64,000 bases of DNA from an uncultured bacterium (GCA_965369655.1 CBDUQR010000008.1:1-64000), one strand, 5' to 3'; counted from the stretch's first letter, positions 17,856 to 28,500 are shown. Program-made: numbers and translations. Notes: generated from the sequence alone by a model not told the origin.

Positions 17856-19802
17856 TTACGACTTCAATTCGACATCCCCCTCGCAAATGCTCGCCAGCCC
17901 TGCCATCATCTGCAGCACGCGTTGTCTAGGGTTTTCCATCTTCAGCTCGGTGAACACCCGCAACGCTTCTTTTAATGCATCTTTTGCCTTGGTGCAGTTC
18001 TCAAACCTGTTCTCGGCAGTCGCCCACATGCCGTACGCAATCCCGACATTCATCGTAGTCATCGCATAGTCCATCGGGAAATCATCGTAAGTATGAACCC
18101 GTAGCGCTGCTTTGAATGCGCTCAACGCAAGCTTGCAGTTCGGTGCCTTATCCTCTACCTGAGCAAGAGTCCAGTAAGCATTCCCAAGATTGTTCTGAGT
18201 CATCGCATAGTCCATCGGGAAATCGTCGAAGGTACTGACCCGGAACGCTTCATTGAATGCCTCTATCGCAGCCTTGCAGTTAGAGGGCTTATCCTCTACC
18301 TCGGCAAAAGACTGGTATGCAGCCCCAAGATTGTTCTGAGTCATCGCATATTGAATCGGGAAATCGTCGAAGGTACTGACCCGAAGCGCTTCATTGTATG
18401 CCTCTATCGCAGCCCTGCAGTTCGATGCCCTATCCTCAACCTCGGCAAGTCTCTGGTAAGCAGCCCCAAGATTGTTCTGAGTCCCCGCATACTGAAACGG
18501 GAAATCGTCGAATGTATAGACCCGAAGCGCTTCATTACAGGCATCTATCGCAAGCCTGCAGTAAGATGCCTTATCCTCTACCTCGGCAAGAGTCCGGTAA
18601 GCATTCCCAAGATTGTTTTGAGTCATCGTATACTGTCCCGGATTGTCGGATATTGTCCAAGTGTTCAGCGCCTGTTTGCATGCAGAAATCGCAACCTTCA
18701 TGTAAGCGGCTTTCTCCAGCTTGACAAGACCCTGTTCATAAGACTTATCCTCAATACTGAGCAGCGCAGAGGGATCGTCACCGAAAAGCTCAACCAACCT
18801 CCTGAAATCCTCAACACCAACGAAATCGCCCTCGACAACATACTGCAGATACGCTTCCTCGAAATGGACGCCGCTCTCTTTTTTATCCGCAAAGCCTTGC
18901 GTCGCGAGCTTGCCGAATACCTCGTCCCACCAGAGCTTTTTCTTGTCTATCTCGTGGAACTTGCTTGCAACTTTGTGAATGTTATTGAGCGAGAATATCT
19001 CTCGTCCTTCATAGATGCCAGCCTGATAGAGACGTTTCACAGACTGAAGCACAGCCTTGCCGGCAGCATCGAGTTGCCCGTAGCGTCGCTTCATCTCCTC
19101 AATATCGAGGAAGATCGATCCAATATTGCCGTCGAATGTCTCAGGCATCTGCTTGCCTGCTTTTGCCGCAACATTTTTTGCTACATCAGGAGTGATCTTG
19201 TCGAGCATGAGATATTCGGCAATACGAATACCTGCTTCCTGTTCCAGCTTCTGTTGCACAAAATCCGCTTCAGTCTCCCAGCATGTCCCGACTATTATCG
19301 TACCCCGTCTCACAAACTTTCTGAGTACATTTGTGAAGTTTAGTTTTATTAAGAACTTTCCTATATCGTCAACAAGCAGGACTTCACGAGTAACCATCTT
19401 CATGTTGTACGGTATTTCGATATCAGCAGGAAAACTGTCAACAGCAAGTGTTGGGATCGTTATTACCGCAGGTTCTTTGAGAGTCTTGAGTGCATTGAAC
19501 ACGCTCCTCGTCTTTCCAGACAGAGGTTTGCCTATAACAATAACATGTTCCCCTTGATCGATCAATTCCCTCAATTTGTCATCAATCGGTCTCGCATAAT
19601 AGTACTTACGGAAACCGTGCTTCTTTTCTCCGCGAGAGTGCATTGCTTGATCCGGAGTTAGCCGAGATGCGCGCTTCCAGATTGCTTCGTAATAGCCACT
19701 TGCCAAAGCTCTTTTATCTATTCTTCGCCAGAAATACTGAAAAGCAAAAACACTCAATGTAACAACAACAGCGACTATCGCCCAGAATATCGGATCACTC
19801 AC
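17856..19802 (-). CDS. Membrane-anchored P-loop NTPase with C-terminal TPR repeats
   Basis: N-terminal TM helix; Walker A GKPLSGKT; Walker B LLVDD; 47-aa repeats YAMTQNNLG.AY. Confidence 0.85.
   Translation of the reverse strand: MSDPIFWAIVAVVVTLSVFAFQYFWRRIDKRALASGYYEAIWKRASRLTPDQAMHSRGEKKHGFRKYYYARPIDDKLRELIDQGEHVIVIGKPLSGKTRSVFNALKTLKEPAVITIPTLAVDSFPADIEIPYNMKMVTREVLLVDDIGKFLIKLNFTNVLRKFVRRGTIIVGTCWETEADFVQQKLEQEAGIRIAEYLMLDKITPDVAKNVAAKAGKQMPETFDGNIGSIFLDIEEMKRRYGQLDAAGKAVLQSVKRLYQAGIYEGREIFSLNNIHKVASKFHEIDKKKLWWDEVFGKLATQGFADKKESGVHFEEAYLQYVVEGDFVGVEDFRRLVELFGDDPSALLSIEDKSYEQGLVKLEKAAYMKVAISACKQALNTWTISDNPGQYTMTQNNLGNAYRTLAEVEDKASYCRLAIDACNEALRVYTFDDFPFQYAGTQNNLGAAYQRLAEVEDRASNCRAAIEAYNEALRVSTFDDFPIQYAMTQNNLGAAYQSFAEVEDKPSNCKAAIEAFNEAFRVSTFDDFPMDYAMTQNNLGNAYWTLAQVEDKAPNCKLALSAFKAALRVHTYDDFPMDYAMTTMNVGIAYGMWATAENRFENCTKAKDALKEALRVFTELKMENPRQRVLQMMAGLASICEGDVELKS
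18048..18650 (-). repeat. 141-bp tandem coding repeats
   Basis: attgtt.tgagtc recurs at 18189, 18330, 18471 and 18612. Confidence 0.85.
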
Positions 19803-19847
19803 TCTCTACTCCTGTATTCCTTTCCCGAAATCATCGTTGCCTGTCCC

Positions 19848-20891
19848 CTACTCTCCCTCGACCGCGACTTCTTCCGTCACAGAATCATCGCTGGGTTGTC
19901 CGCTTTCTTTGAGTGATTCATCGCGGAGTTCGCGGAAACGCAGATGGTCGAAGTACAGAAACATCAGACCGGCGACAAAGATCGGGATCATATCCATGAC
20001 ATGAAGGATAATCGAAAACGACACCGCACTCGACTTGTCAACGCCGAACAGCGCCATGCTGACGATGCATGCCCACTGGAACGTGCCGAGATTGCCGGGC
20101 GTGATCGGAAACATCAGGAGCACGGAATTGACGACGAGTATCACCAGCGCGCCCCAGATCGGCATGTCGATCCCGAACATCCTGATGATGAATACGATCA
20201 CGAGCGCATGTGATGCCCAGAGCAGCAGCGAATAGATCGCCGTCAGCGTGGAATGCTTCAGACTCGTCAGTATATCGAGAGCATCGACAAACGACTTCGA
20301 GACATGCCTGATTTTCTCGAACAGTCTCGGAAATCGCAGTTTGAGTCTGCGCCTGCCGTAAATCCTGAGCTTGCGGCGATTGTGCACGATTAACAACAGT
20401 GCGACCGCGAGTGTCACAAGGACTATACCTGCGAGAATTCCCGACCTCGCGAGCCATCCCGGGAACACGACAAACGTCGATGCCGCGAGCATGATGATCA
20501 GCAGCGAGACGCCGTCGAAGAGCACCTCGATGATTATGGTCGTCGCGCAATACGTCTTTGGAAGCTTCGCCTGTTTCGACAGAACCAAAACCCGCGCAGC
20601 CTGCCCGGTGAGCGCGGGCAGCGAAACATTGATCATCTGGCCAACTGAGTAGATTGAATAGATATTGCGAAACGTCAGCTTCGTAACCGGATCCATGATG
20701 ACTCGCCATCTGAGGGCTTTGCAGACATTCATCAGGAACGCCGCAATGATCGCCGGAATCAAATACCAGTAATTTGTCTGAGACAGGATGTCACCTATAC
20801 GCTCACGGTCGAGATCATGGAACGACAGGAAGAGCAGGACAATCGCAACAATGAGACCGAGAGCCCGCTTGTATTTTAGCAGAAACCGCAT
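19848..20891 (-). CDS. Lysylphosphatidylglycerol synthase TM-domain (flippase-like) protein
   Basis: Multi-TM protein; KALRWRVI; PITPGNLGTFQ. Confidence 0.85.
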   Translation of the reverse strand: MRFLLKYKRALGLIVAIVLLFLSFHDLDRERIGDILSQTNYWYLIPAIIAAFLMNVCKALRWRVIMDPVTKLTFRNIYSIYSVGQMINVSLPALTGQAARVLVLSKQAKLPKTYCATTIIIEVLFDGVSLLIIMLAASTFVVFPGWLARSGILAGIVLVTLAVALLLIVHNRRKLRIYGRRRLKLRFPRLFEKIRHVSKSFVDALDILTSLKHSTLTAIYSLLLWASHALVIVFIIRMFGIDMPIWGALVILVVNSVLLMFPITPGNLGTFQWACIVSMALFGVDKSSAVSFSIILHVMDMIPIFVAGLMFLYFDHLRFRELRDESLKESGQPSDDSVTEEVAVEGE

Positions 20892-20993
20892 ACGATACTC
20901 CGTAAGCGCCGTGATAGAAAAAGATAACGCCCCCGATTTATCAAGTCAACGATTAACAAGCAAAAGCTTAAATCATGAAGTGGGATGTGCAGG

Positions 20994-21755
20994 TCAGATT
21001 TTCACGGCGTCAGTGAGCTTTATCCAGCCTTTGAGACGATTGTCGAATATCCCGAAATACCAGCCGCTCTCCTGCTTCAGGATATCGAATGTCAGCCCCT
21101 CGTGCGCAAGGAACTGTTCGTCGAAATCCTCTCCGGGCCCTGCCCTGACCGATACCTCGGGGACAATGATCGCTCCACGCACAGCGTAATAGCCAAAATG
21201 AGCATTGACGCCGGTACAGATTCCCGCGCAGATGAGCATCACCAGCAGTACGGACAAAATCGCCTTGACCACAATCGTGCGCTTCCGGGTCCAGATCATG
21301 TATGCGAGCACGACGGAGGACAGGAACAGCAGGCACGACGAAAGCACCGCCCATTCGTCGGTAGTGTAGAAAAGCACGAGCGATTTATACCACATCCAGA
21401 TTGGAGACTGCGCAGTCGGATCGACCTTGTCCACCAGATACTGGCGAGCGAATTCGAGATTCGCCCTGATGTCGTCGTTTCTCGGTTCGAGCCGTAGCGC
21501 GCGATGATAGCATGCGATCGCAATCCCGAGGCGGCCTGTCTTGAAATATGCATTGCCGAGATTGTAATGGAGTGCGGCGTTGTCAACCCCGCCCGAGAGG
21601 ACGGCAAGGTAGCTCTTTATCGCACCGTCGTAGTCGCCCTTTTGATACAGGTCGTTCGCCACGTCGAAATCATGTTCGAGCGCGCCTGATGCCCATACCG
21701 CGCCGACGCAGAGAGCGGCCACAATCGCGATGATGACTACGAGTCGCAATGTCAT
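20994..21755 (-). CDS. batE: BatE-like TPR plus SH3 protein
   Basis: ALHYNLGNAYFK TPR, two TM helices, SH3-like VRAGPGE...HEG...GWI. ATGA overlap with batD. Confidence 0.85.
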   Translation of the reverse strand: MTLRLVVIIAIVAALCVGAVWASGALEHDFDVANDLYQKGDYDGAIKSYLAVLSGGVDNAALHYNLGNAYFKTGRLGIAIACYHRALRLEPRNDDIRANLEFARQYLVDKVDPTAQSPIWMWYKSLVLFYTTDEWAVLSSCLLFLSSVVLAYMIWTRKRTIVVKAILSVLLVMLICAGICTGVNAHFGYYAVRGAIIVPEVSVRAGPGEDFDEQFLAHEGLTFDILKQESGWYFGIFDNRLKGWIKLTDAVKI

Positions 21756-23566
21756 CTCGATGAACCCTCGAACTCGACAATCCATTTCTCTGCCTTGTTC
21801 AGCGTGTTGTTCATGTCATCGCTGACGCTGCTCGACTTCGAAAATCGCCCCTCATCGCACTCGGCAAGAATATCGGCGAATTGTTGCCGTAACTCAGGCG
21901 CCACCCGTTTGCCATCAAACAAGGCATCCGCCTGTTGCAGTGTAAGACCGTGAGACGAGATGTTGAACTTGTCTCCAATGTATTCGGATAATGCCCTGCT
22001 CACCTCAGTGTAAAATTTGCTCGCATCATTCTGTCGCAGCAGGTTCCTGGCGGACGAGAGACGCGCTTTCGCCATCTTCACCGCCCGCTTGAGCCTTCGG
22101 TACCCGACATCGCCGGCAAGCCTGTCACGATGTCGCCTTAATACGAACACCGCCACGAGGCCCGCAATTGGCAGCGCATTGAGGAATATGAACCAGAGGC
22201 TAAACAGGTACGGCCTGCCTGAATCAGAACTTCCTCGCCGATCCGTGAAGATGTACCGAATGTCTTTTGCGATGAGATCCAACCGTCCCGGAAGCAGTCC
22301 TGTGTGGGCAGCGATTTCTTCATTGGATACGCCCAGCACGGATATCTCAAAAGATCTTCCCGACAGCCTCTTGTACTCACCTGTTTTCGGATCGAAATAT
22401 GTGGTGCCCTCGATGGGGATCGTATAGTTGCCCGGCTCCTTTGGAACGAATGTAGTCTCAAACGTCTTGGAGCCGCCAACTACATATCCTGCTTTCGAGA
22501 CATTCTCGGACTTGCCGGAATTGAACACCCTGAATTCATCGAGTTGTGGGATCACCGGTTCTGCAAGGGTCTTGATATTCCCTGTGCCGGAAAGCTTGAT
22601 CTTGACTGTTACCGGCTGGTTGACCTCGACTTCAGTCTTGTCAATTGATGCGGACATCTTGAACTGTCCGACACTGCCGGAGAAATCCGCCGGCCTGCCT
22701 TCAGATGGAAGCGGCAACACAACTATCTCGATAGGTTTTGATTCGAGATTCACCGGCTTTGGCTGAGATCGACGTCTCTGAAATACTCCAAATGGATCGC
22801 GGTCGAAAAGCGACATAAGGTCCTCGCCACCGATTTTCAGCGTCGCCTTTCCTACGGTTTTTACTCCCGGCGACGTCGGAAACAGAGCAGTCTTGACTTC
22901 CGCCACATAGTAGTTTTTGCCATGCACGGTCTTGTAGAAATTCTTCTGAGGAGGGAGATCCTCCACCCAGAAGCCAGTGGCTGACGGCGGCTCATACTTA
23001 GGGTCACCGAACAACCTCTTGCCCTGATAGAACCGGAAAGTGAGCGTGATCTGCTCGTTCACATAAGCCGTGTCTTTGTCCACAAATGTCTCGACAAAAA
23101 AGTCACGATCTCCACCCCTGCCTGACTGAGTCTGCTGTGAAGTCCCCGCACCCATCCCGGAATCCTGACGCCTCGTTGTGGCACCGCCCGAACTGACTGT
23201 GAGCGTGATCGGAGTGGTCGCGTAGTTCTTACCCTTGAAGGACAACTCCTGCGGAGGGATGACGATCTTCCCCTTCTGCTGTGGTACAACGAGGTATGTA
23301 TGCGTAACAGATGACGCCACCTCGCCGTTCACGAATGAATACTGCCGCGATGTCCCCGCACCGAAGACCTGGCAGCCGGGTATCACAGGCGTATTCGGGG
23401 CAGGTAGATTCTCGACACTGCCGGAGATCGTCAACTCCAGCGTGACCTGCTCGCCGACTGAGGGCTGAGTCGTCGACACATCAGCAACAAAGCTGATGTC
23501 CTCGGCCGCTGCATTCATGCAAAGCATGAGAACGATTGTGACAATAATCGACAAACGCAACCGCAC
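21752..23566 (-). CDS. batD: BatD family protein
   Basis: Signal peptide; Ig-like BatD repeats (LPLPSEGRPADFSGSVGQF); C-terminal TM helix. Confidence 0.88.
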   Translation of the reverse strand: MRLRLSIIVTIVLMLCMNAAAEDISFVADVSTTQPSVGEQVTLELTISGSVENLPAPNTPVIPGCQVFGAGTSRQYSFVNGEVASSVTHTYLVVPQQKGKIVIPPQELSFKGKNYATTPITLTVSSGGATTRRQDSGMGAGTSQQTQSGRGGDRDFFVETFVDKDTAYVNEQITLTFRFYQGKRLFGDPKYEPPSATGFWVEDLPPQKNFYKTVHGKNYYVAEVKTALFPTSPGVKTVGKATLKIGGEDLMSLFDRDPFGVFQRRRSQPKPVNLESKPIEIVVLPLPSEGRPADFSGSVGQFKMSASIDKTEVEVNQPVTVKIKLSGTGNIKTLAEPVIPQLDEFRVFNSGKSENVSKAGYVVGGSKTFETTFVPKEPGNYTIPIEGTTYFDPKTGEYKRLSGRSFEISVLGVSNEEIAAHTGLLPGRLDLIAKDIRYIFTDRRGSSDSGRPYLFSLWFIFLNALPIAGLVAVFVLRRHRDRLAGDVGYRRLKRAVKMAKARLSSARNLLRQNDASKFYTEVSRALSEYIGDKFNISSHGLTLQQADALFDGKRVAPELRQQFADILAECDEGRFSKSSSVSDDMNNTLNKAEKWIVEFEGSSR

Positions 23567-23567
23567 T

Positions 23568-24377
23568 CTACCAGTCCTTTCCAGTATAGCCGCCAGATGG
23601 CGCTTTCAACTTGACGAGCTTTTTCAGCACATCCCGGTCATTTCCGGTGACGGCATTCAGCAGCCTTTCGGCATCCTCCTCGCTCATTTCCATTTCCCGG
23701 GGCTGTGACTGCTGAGGTTGCTGTTGCTGATCCTCATTCTGGTCAGCAGAGGATTGCTGTTGCTGTTGTTCCTCTTGCTGCTCCTGTTGCTCTTGTTCCT
23801 GCTGTTGATTCTGATCTTGCTGGTCTTGTTGTTGATCCTGCTTCTGTTGATCCTGTTGGTCCTGCTGCTGTTGATCCTGATTCTGCTCCTGATCTTCCTT
23901 CTGATCTTCCTGCTTCTCCTGATTCTTATCGCACTGTTGCTGTTCCTGTTCCTGAAGTCTCTGTTGAGTCAGTTCGAGATTGTACTTGGCGTCGAGATCA
24001 GTCGGATCGATGTCTAAGCTCTTCTTATACGCGTCGAGGGCTTTCTGGTAATCGCCTTTCCTGAATTCGGTGTTGCCCATATTATAGTATGAATATGCCT
24101 GCATCATGCTGTCTTCGGAGAGCGCCGAATTCAGGTAGGTCTCGTTTGCCTTGTCATACTCGCCCTGCTGGTGATAGGCGCTTCCCAGATTATAGTTGAC
24201 GACCGGATCGGCTGGATTCTTGTCTCTGGCTTCTTCGAGAAGTGTAGTCGCCTGGTCGAACTCTCCCCTCTCGTACAGCTCTACGGCCTTGTCGTTGATC
24301 TTTCTGTACGAATCATCGGCGCGCACAGACCCGATGAGTAAGACTGTAGCGACTATAGCGAACAGCAACCCTCTCAT
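23568..24377 (-). CDS. batC: BatC-like TPR protein with Gln-rich linker
   Basis: TPRs; DAKYNLE; poly-Q/D/E tract; AERLL...KDW terminus. Confidence 0.88.
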   Translation of the reverse strand: MRGLLFAIVATVLLIGSVRADDSYRKINDKAVELYERGEFDQATTLLEEARDKNPADPVVNYNLGSAYHQQGEYDKANETYLNSALSEDSMMQAYSYYNMGNTEFRKGDYQKALDAYKKSLDIDPTDLDAKYNLELTQQRLQEQEQQQCDKNQEKQEDQKEDQEQNQDQQQQDQQDQQKQDQQQDQQDQNQQQEQEQQEQQEEQQQQQSSADQNEDQQQQPQQSQPREMEMSEEDAERLLNAVTGNDRDVLKKLVKLKAPSGGYTGKDW

Positions 24378-25396
24378 CTCCGTCTCCTGCCGTTGAACCT
24401 GAGCTTTCTGTCGGTCACAACAAATTCAATTATAAGAAAGAAGAGTCCCGCAGCAAGGGGATACTGAAATCTGTCTTCGTATTGCGTCATCAGCTTGCCT
24501 TCAAGCTCTCTCTTTTCCATGCCGAGAATCTCGTCGTATATCCGGTCGAGCTCGATCTCACCCGCAGTCGCTCTGTAATACTCGCCGTCAGTGATCTCGG
24601 CTATCCTCTGGAGAGTCATCTCGTCGAGGCTGGTCATCACGACCGAACCATCCTCGTCTTTCTTGAAACCGACAGTCTCTCCTCGGCGATTCTTGATCGG
24701 AATCGGCTCGCCCCGCACCGAACCGATGCCTATTGTGAAAATCCTTACGCCCTGATCATGCGCGCGCTCGGCGATTTCAATTGGCTTCGTATCGTGATCC
24801 TCACCATCAGTAAGCAGAATCATTACTTTGTACTTTCTCTCGGACTGATCGAACGCTGTCAGAGCGGTCTCGATGGCATCACCGATAGCAGTCCCCTGCG
24901 TCGGAATAATATCCGAATAGACGACGTCCATGAATATCTTGAACGCCGAATAGTCGAGTGTCAATGGACAATGTATGAAACTCTGCCCCGCGAACAGCAC
25001 AAGCCCGATCCTGTCGCCCGACAGACGTTCGACAACCCCGCGAATCTCCTGCTTGGCTTTTTCGAGTCGACTCGGCTTCATGTCCTCGGCGTCCATCGAT
25101 GTCGATGTGTCGAGGAGTATCATTATATCGAGTCCTTCGCGCTTCATCATCACCGCATGAGTACCCCACTGAGGACGCGCCGCCGCGAAGATCAGAAAAA
25201 CCAGCCCGATCAGGAGCATGACAAACTTCGTGATCCTTCCGGTCCTCGAATATGTTGCGGCAAGCCGCTTGAACCGGGATGGCTGCGCGAAACGATCCCT
25301 TGCCAGTCGTCGACCGCGACGTGCCCAGAGAAAGAAGAACACGAGCGGAAAAATCAGCAGCAGCGCATAGAGCATGTCGGCATTGGCGAATTTCAT
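24374..25396 (-). CDS. batB: BatB VWA domain protein
   Basis: ARPQWG; MIDAS DTSTSM; LLTDGEDH. Confidence 0.9.
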   Translation of the reverse strand: MKFANADMLYALLLIFPLVFFFLWARRGRRLARDRFAQPSRFKRLAATYSRTGRITKFVMLLIGLVFLIFAAARPQWGTHAVMMKREGLDIMILLDTSTSMDAEDMKPSRLEKAKQEIRGVVERLSGDRIGLVLFAGQSFIHCPLTLDYSAFKIFMDVVYSDIIPTQGTAIGDAIETALTAFDQSERKYKVMILLTDGEDHDTKPIEIAERAHDQGVRIFTIGIGSVRGEPIPIKNRRGETVGFKKDEDGSVVMTSLDEMTLQRIAEITDGEYYRATAGEIELDRIYDEILGMEKRELEGKLMTQYEDRFQYPLAAGLFFLIIEFVVTDRKLRFNGRRRR

Positions 25397-25446
25397 TTCT
25401 AACCTGTACTAATAACCTTGCGCGTCGTTCATCAGCTTACTTCGGG

Positions 25447-26442
25447 TCATGGCAGCTTCCTGAACCGTGTCTGCGACAATACGACCTCGACCATAATCAT
25501 CCCGAGGCCGCATGCCAGGAAATATAGATACAGTTCATCGAACTGCAGGTATTGCTTCGTCTTCATCTTCGTTCTTTCAAGCGAGGATATTTCCTCATAG
25601 ATATGCTTCAGCCCTTCTACATCTTTTGCGCGGTAATACCGCCCGCCGGTCAGGTCCGCGATCCTGCGAAGAGACTCCTCGTCGATTTCGTTCTCGATAT
25701 TCACGTAGCGTCTGCCGAATACCGGATCATCAACCGGATATGGCGCAGGACCGGGACGACCTGCCCCGATGGCGTAAACCTTGATCTTAAGAGTCTTAGC
25801 GATCTCCGCAGCAGTCACAGGATCGATTTCGCCGGCGTTATTGACGCCATCGGTCAACAGCACTATCACCTTGCTCTTCGCAGGCGAGTCCTTCAGCCGA
25901 TTGCAACTGTTTGCCAGCGCCATGCCGATCGCGGTGCCGTCCTCGACCATACCGAATGTAACATCGTCAAGGAAGTTAAGGAGGATATTGTAGTCTAGCG
26001 TCAACGGACACTGAGTGAAACTCTCCCTGGCAAAAACAACAAGCCCGATCCTGTCGCTGGTCCGGCTGTCGATAAAGTCTCGTATCACCTGCTTTGCGAC
26101 ATGCAGGCGGTTCTTCGGTTTGAAGTCTTCGGCCTTCATGCTGCCAGAAATGTCGAGCGTCAGGATAATATCTATTCCCTCGGTCTCAGTTTCGATGTTT
26201 ACGCTCGATGTGCGAGGCCGCGCGAGAGCCACAATAAGAAGTGCGAGCGCGAGAAGTTTCAGTCCGGGCGATATGAAATCGGCCCACAACCTGCCGCCCG
26301 GTCTGACAGCCTTTATCAGGGTAAGATCCGAGAAAACCACTGTCGATCTTCTCTTTCGTCCATATCTGATCAGCCACAGAACCAATAGCGGTATCAGCAG
26401 CAGCAGCAACAGGACGGAGGGAGTCGCTAACTCATAATTCAT
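25447..26442 (-). CDS. batA: BatA VWA domain protein
   Basis: ALARP; DISGSM; GTAIG; LLTDGVNNAG. Confidence 0.9.
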   Translation of the reverse strand: MNYELATPSVLLLLLLIPLLVLWLIRYGRKRRSTVVFSDLTLIKAVRPGGRLWADFISPGLKLLALALLIVALARPRTSSVNIETETEGIDIILTLDISGSMKAEDFKPKNRLHVAKQVIRDFIDSRTSDRIGLVVFARESFTQCPLTLDYNILLNFLDDVTFGMVEDGTAIGMALANSCNRLKDSPAKSKVIVLLTDGVNNAGEIDPVTAAEIAKTLKIKVYAIGAGRPGPAPYPVDDPVFGRRYVNIENEIDEESLRRIADLTGGRYYRAKDVEGLKHIYEEISSLERTKMKTKQYLQFDELYLYFLACGLGMIMVEVVLSQTRFRKLP

Positions 26443-26464
26443 GGTTCGCGACCTCCAGTTCTAC

Positions 26465-26627
26465 GGGCTTGTTGAGAAACCCCGTAACAGACATTACCTG
26501 TAGATTTGTCATCACGAGGAGCGATAGCGACGTGGTGATCTCAGTTCTTGTAATACGCGGCCTGACTTGAGATTGCCACGCTCCCTTCCTTCGAGGCTCA
26601 GGACTTGTCGGTCGCTCGCAATGACAG
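26465..26627. repeat. MITE/REP-like palindromic element within the bat operon
   Basis: GGGCTTGTTGAGAAACCCC...GTCATCACGAG...GCGACGTGGTGATCTC...GAGATTGCCACGCT...CGCTCGCAATGAC; closely matches 59869-60058. Confidence 0.7.
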
Positions 26628-26657
26628 CGAATTCCAACGACCACTCTATACACCATG

Positions 26658-27608
26658 TCAACTACCTTTTTCAACACGCTCTCGACGCTCCTGTCCCGTC
26701 TCTCGCACGAACTGCCATGCTCTCTGGAAATCGTTCTCAGCCTGATTCAACTCCGGATGGAATTTGGCGAACTTCACAAGATCGGCGCCATCAAACATCT
26801 CGAAAAGCCTGTCATACTGCTCCTGATCGAGACTTATTCTCGACATCTCTCCGCGCAACTCGAAAGTCGTCCTGTCGAGCGCATCGATCCCGTACCGAGG
26901 CTCAAGGTATCTCCTGATGATCTTCGTCAGGCGCAGATAGAACGGCTTAAACTCCGAGTCTGCGAGCAGTGCTGATTCTCGAAGATGCCTGAGTCTCTCC
27001 TCCGCCACGACCCAGGGCGGCCTCGTATCGACTGGCTCCGCATCGACGCCGTTACCGGCTTTCCTTCTCACCAACCAGTACACAAGCGCACCGACAACGA
27101 CCGCGGCAACGATCAGATACATCCAGAGGAACCTGCTTCCGAAATACATCTCCGGTTTCAGCCCCCGTATATCAGCCAGCGAGTCTCCCTCGGCGAGGCT
27201 CAGGATCGTGACTCTGAGCGAATCGGTTTCGATCTCAGTCATCGTGGAATCCGGCATCAGGAAGCTGAGCTTGACCCGGGGCAGCCAGATCGTGCCAGTC
27301 TCGTAGGCGGCGATGACAAACTTCGCCGTGAGCCGTATCCGACCATCCTCCGTACCCGACATTTCGTACTCTCTGCCCTTGACCTCGAAGTTGCCGAGCC
27401 GGTCACCGATCGGTATCGAGTCGACCGCGATCGAGGAATCAGATACGACCGTCAGAGTATAGTTGAGACGATCACCGATATATGCCTGCTGCCGGTCGAT
27501 CTCCGCCTTCACAGATACAGGCTCAGTCTGCGCGAATAGATGTGCCGGACACAACAGCGATACGGCGAGTAACGCCGACGCCAGCCCTATGTTTATGATC
27601 CTGATCAT
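26658..27608 (-). CDS. Bat-operon membrane protein (BatD-like Ig domain plus TM)
   Basis: Signal peptide, AYIGD Ig-like domain, TM helix, ADLVKFAK; sits between DUF58 and batA. Confidence 0.8.
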   Translation of the reverse strand: MIRIINIGLASALLAVSLLCPAHLFAQTEPVSVKAEIDRQQAYIGDRLNYTLTVVSDSSIAVDSIPIGDRLGNFEVKGREYEMSGTEDGRIRLTAKFVIAAYETGTIWLPRVKLSFLMPDSTMTEIETDSLRVTILSLAEGDSLADIRGLKPEMYFGSRFLWMYLIVAAVVVGALVYWLVRRKAGNGVDAEPVDTRPPWVVAEERLRHLRESALLADSEFKPFYLRLTKIIRRYLEPRYGIDALDRTTFELRGEMSRISLDQEQYDRLFEMFDGADLVKFAKFHPELNQAENDFQRAWQFVRETGQERRERVEKGS

Positions 27609-27612
27609 ACTA

Positions 27613-28500
27613 TCAGTGATGCCGCTTAAGTTTTCTCAACTTAAAGAACCGCGTTAATGCCTCTATGTAACTACCTGCTGTCGAGAGTGATACAAAATCT
27701 ACATTGAGGTGTTTGAACATGTCGGCGATATTCTGCTGGCGCCTACGCGCCGCCTCGGCATAACGTACCTGAATTCCAGCCGAGGCTGTATCGACCCACA
27801 TCGTCTCACCAGTCTCGGAATCTTTGAGCAGGAGAAGCCCGGCTTTCGGGATTTCCAACTCTCTCGGATCGGTGATGTTGATCGCAATCGTATCATGCTT
27901 GCGTTTAGCCACGAGCAGCGGCTTGCGGAAATCATCCCCGATAAAATCGGAGATTATGAAGAGCACCGCTCGCCTCTTGATAACACGGTTGAAATACTCA
28001 ATGGCGCCTGCGATGTCCGTACCTGTGCCTTCAGGCTTGGTATACAGGACTTCCCTGATCAGTCGCAGCACATTGCGACGACCCTTTTTCGGCGGGATAA
28101 ATTTCTCGATCCTGTCAGAAAACGAAATCATGCCGACTTTGTCATTGTTCTTGATCGCCGCGAAAGCCAGGAGCGCGGTCAGCTCGGCGGCCAGTTCGGA
28201 CTTGTAGTAATCGGCTGTGCCGAACTGTTTCGATCCCGAAGAGTCCATCAGGATTATCACTGTCAGCTCGCGTTCCTCGGCGAATTTCTTGATAAACGGC
28301 GTACCGTATCGCGCGGTAACATTCCAGTCTATCTGCCGAACGTCATCTCCCGGCTGGTATTCCCGCACCTCATCGAACTCCATCCCCTGACCCTTGAAGC
28401 TCGAGTGATACTCGCCCGATATCAACTCATCGACAATCCGCCGAGTGCGAATCTCGATCCGGCGAACTTTCTTCAGGATTTCCCTGGTATCCAGTGCCAA
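27613..28500 (-). CDS. DUF58 protein
   Basis: GMEFDEVREYQPGDDVRQIDWNVTAR. Confidence 0.93.
   Translation of the reverse strand: MALDTREILKKVRRIEIRTRRIVDELISGEYHSSFKGQGMEFDEVREYQPGDDVRQIDWNVTARYGTPFIKKFAEERELTVIILMDSSGSKQFGTADYYKSELAAELTALLAFAAIKNNDKVGMISFSDRIEKFIPPKKGRRNVLRLIREVLYTKPEGTGTDIAGAIEYFNRVIKRRAVLFIISDFIGDDFRKPLLVAKRKHDTIAINITDPRELEIPKAGLLLLKDSETGETMWVDTASAGIQVRYAEAARRRQQNIADMFKHLNVDFVSLSTAGSYIEALTRFFKLRKLKRHH

Noticed and set aside
17386-19850. tRNA-integrated genomic island
   Set aside because: No integrase and no att direct repeat found.
23700-23960. Low-complexity tract and poly-Leu antisense ORF
   Set aside because: Ordinary Gln-rich linker of BatC.
26432-26677. 81-aa ORF bridging two bat genes
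   Set aside because: Translation of the palindromic repeat element.
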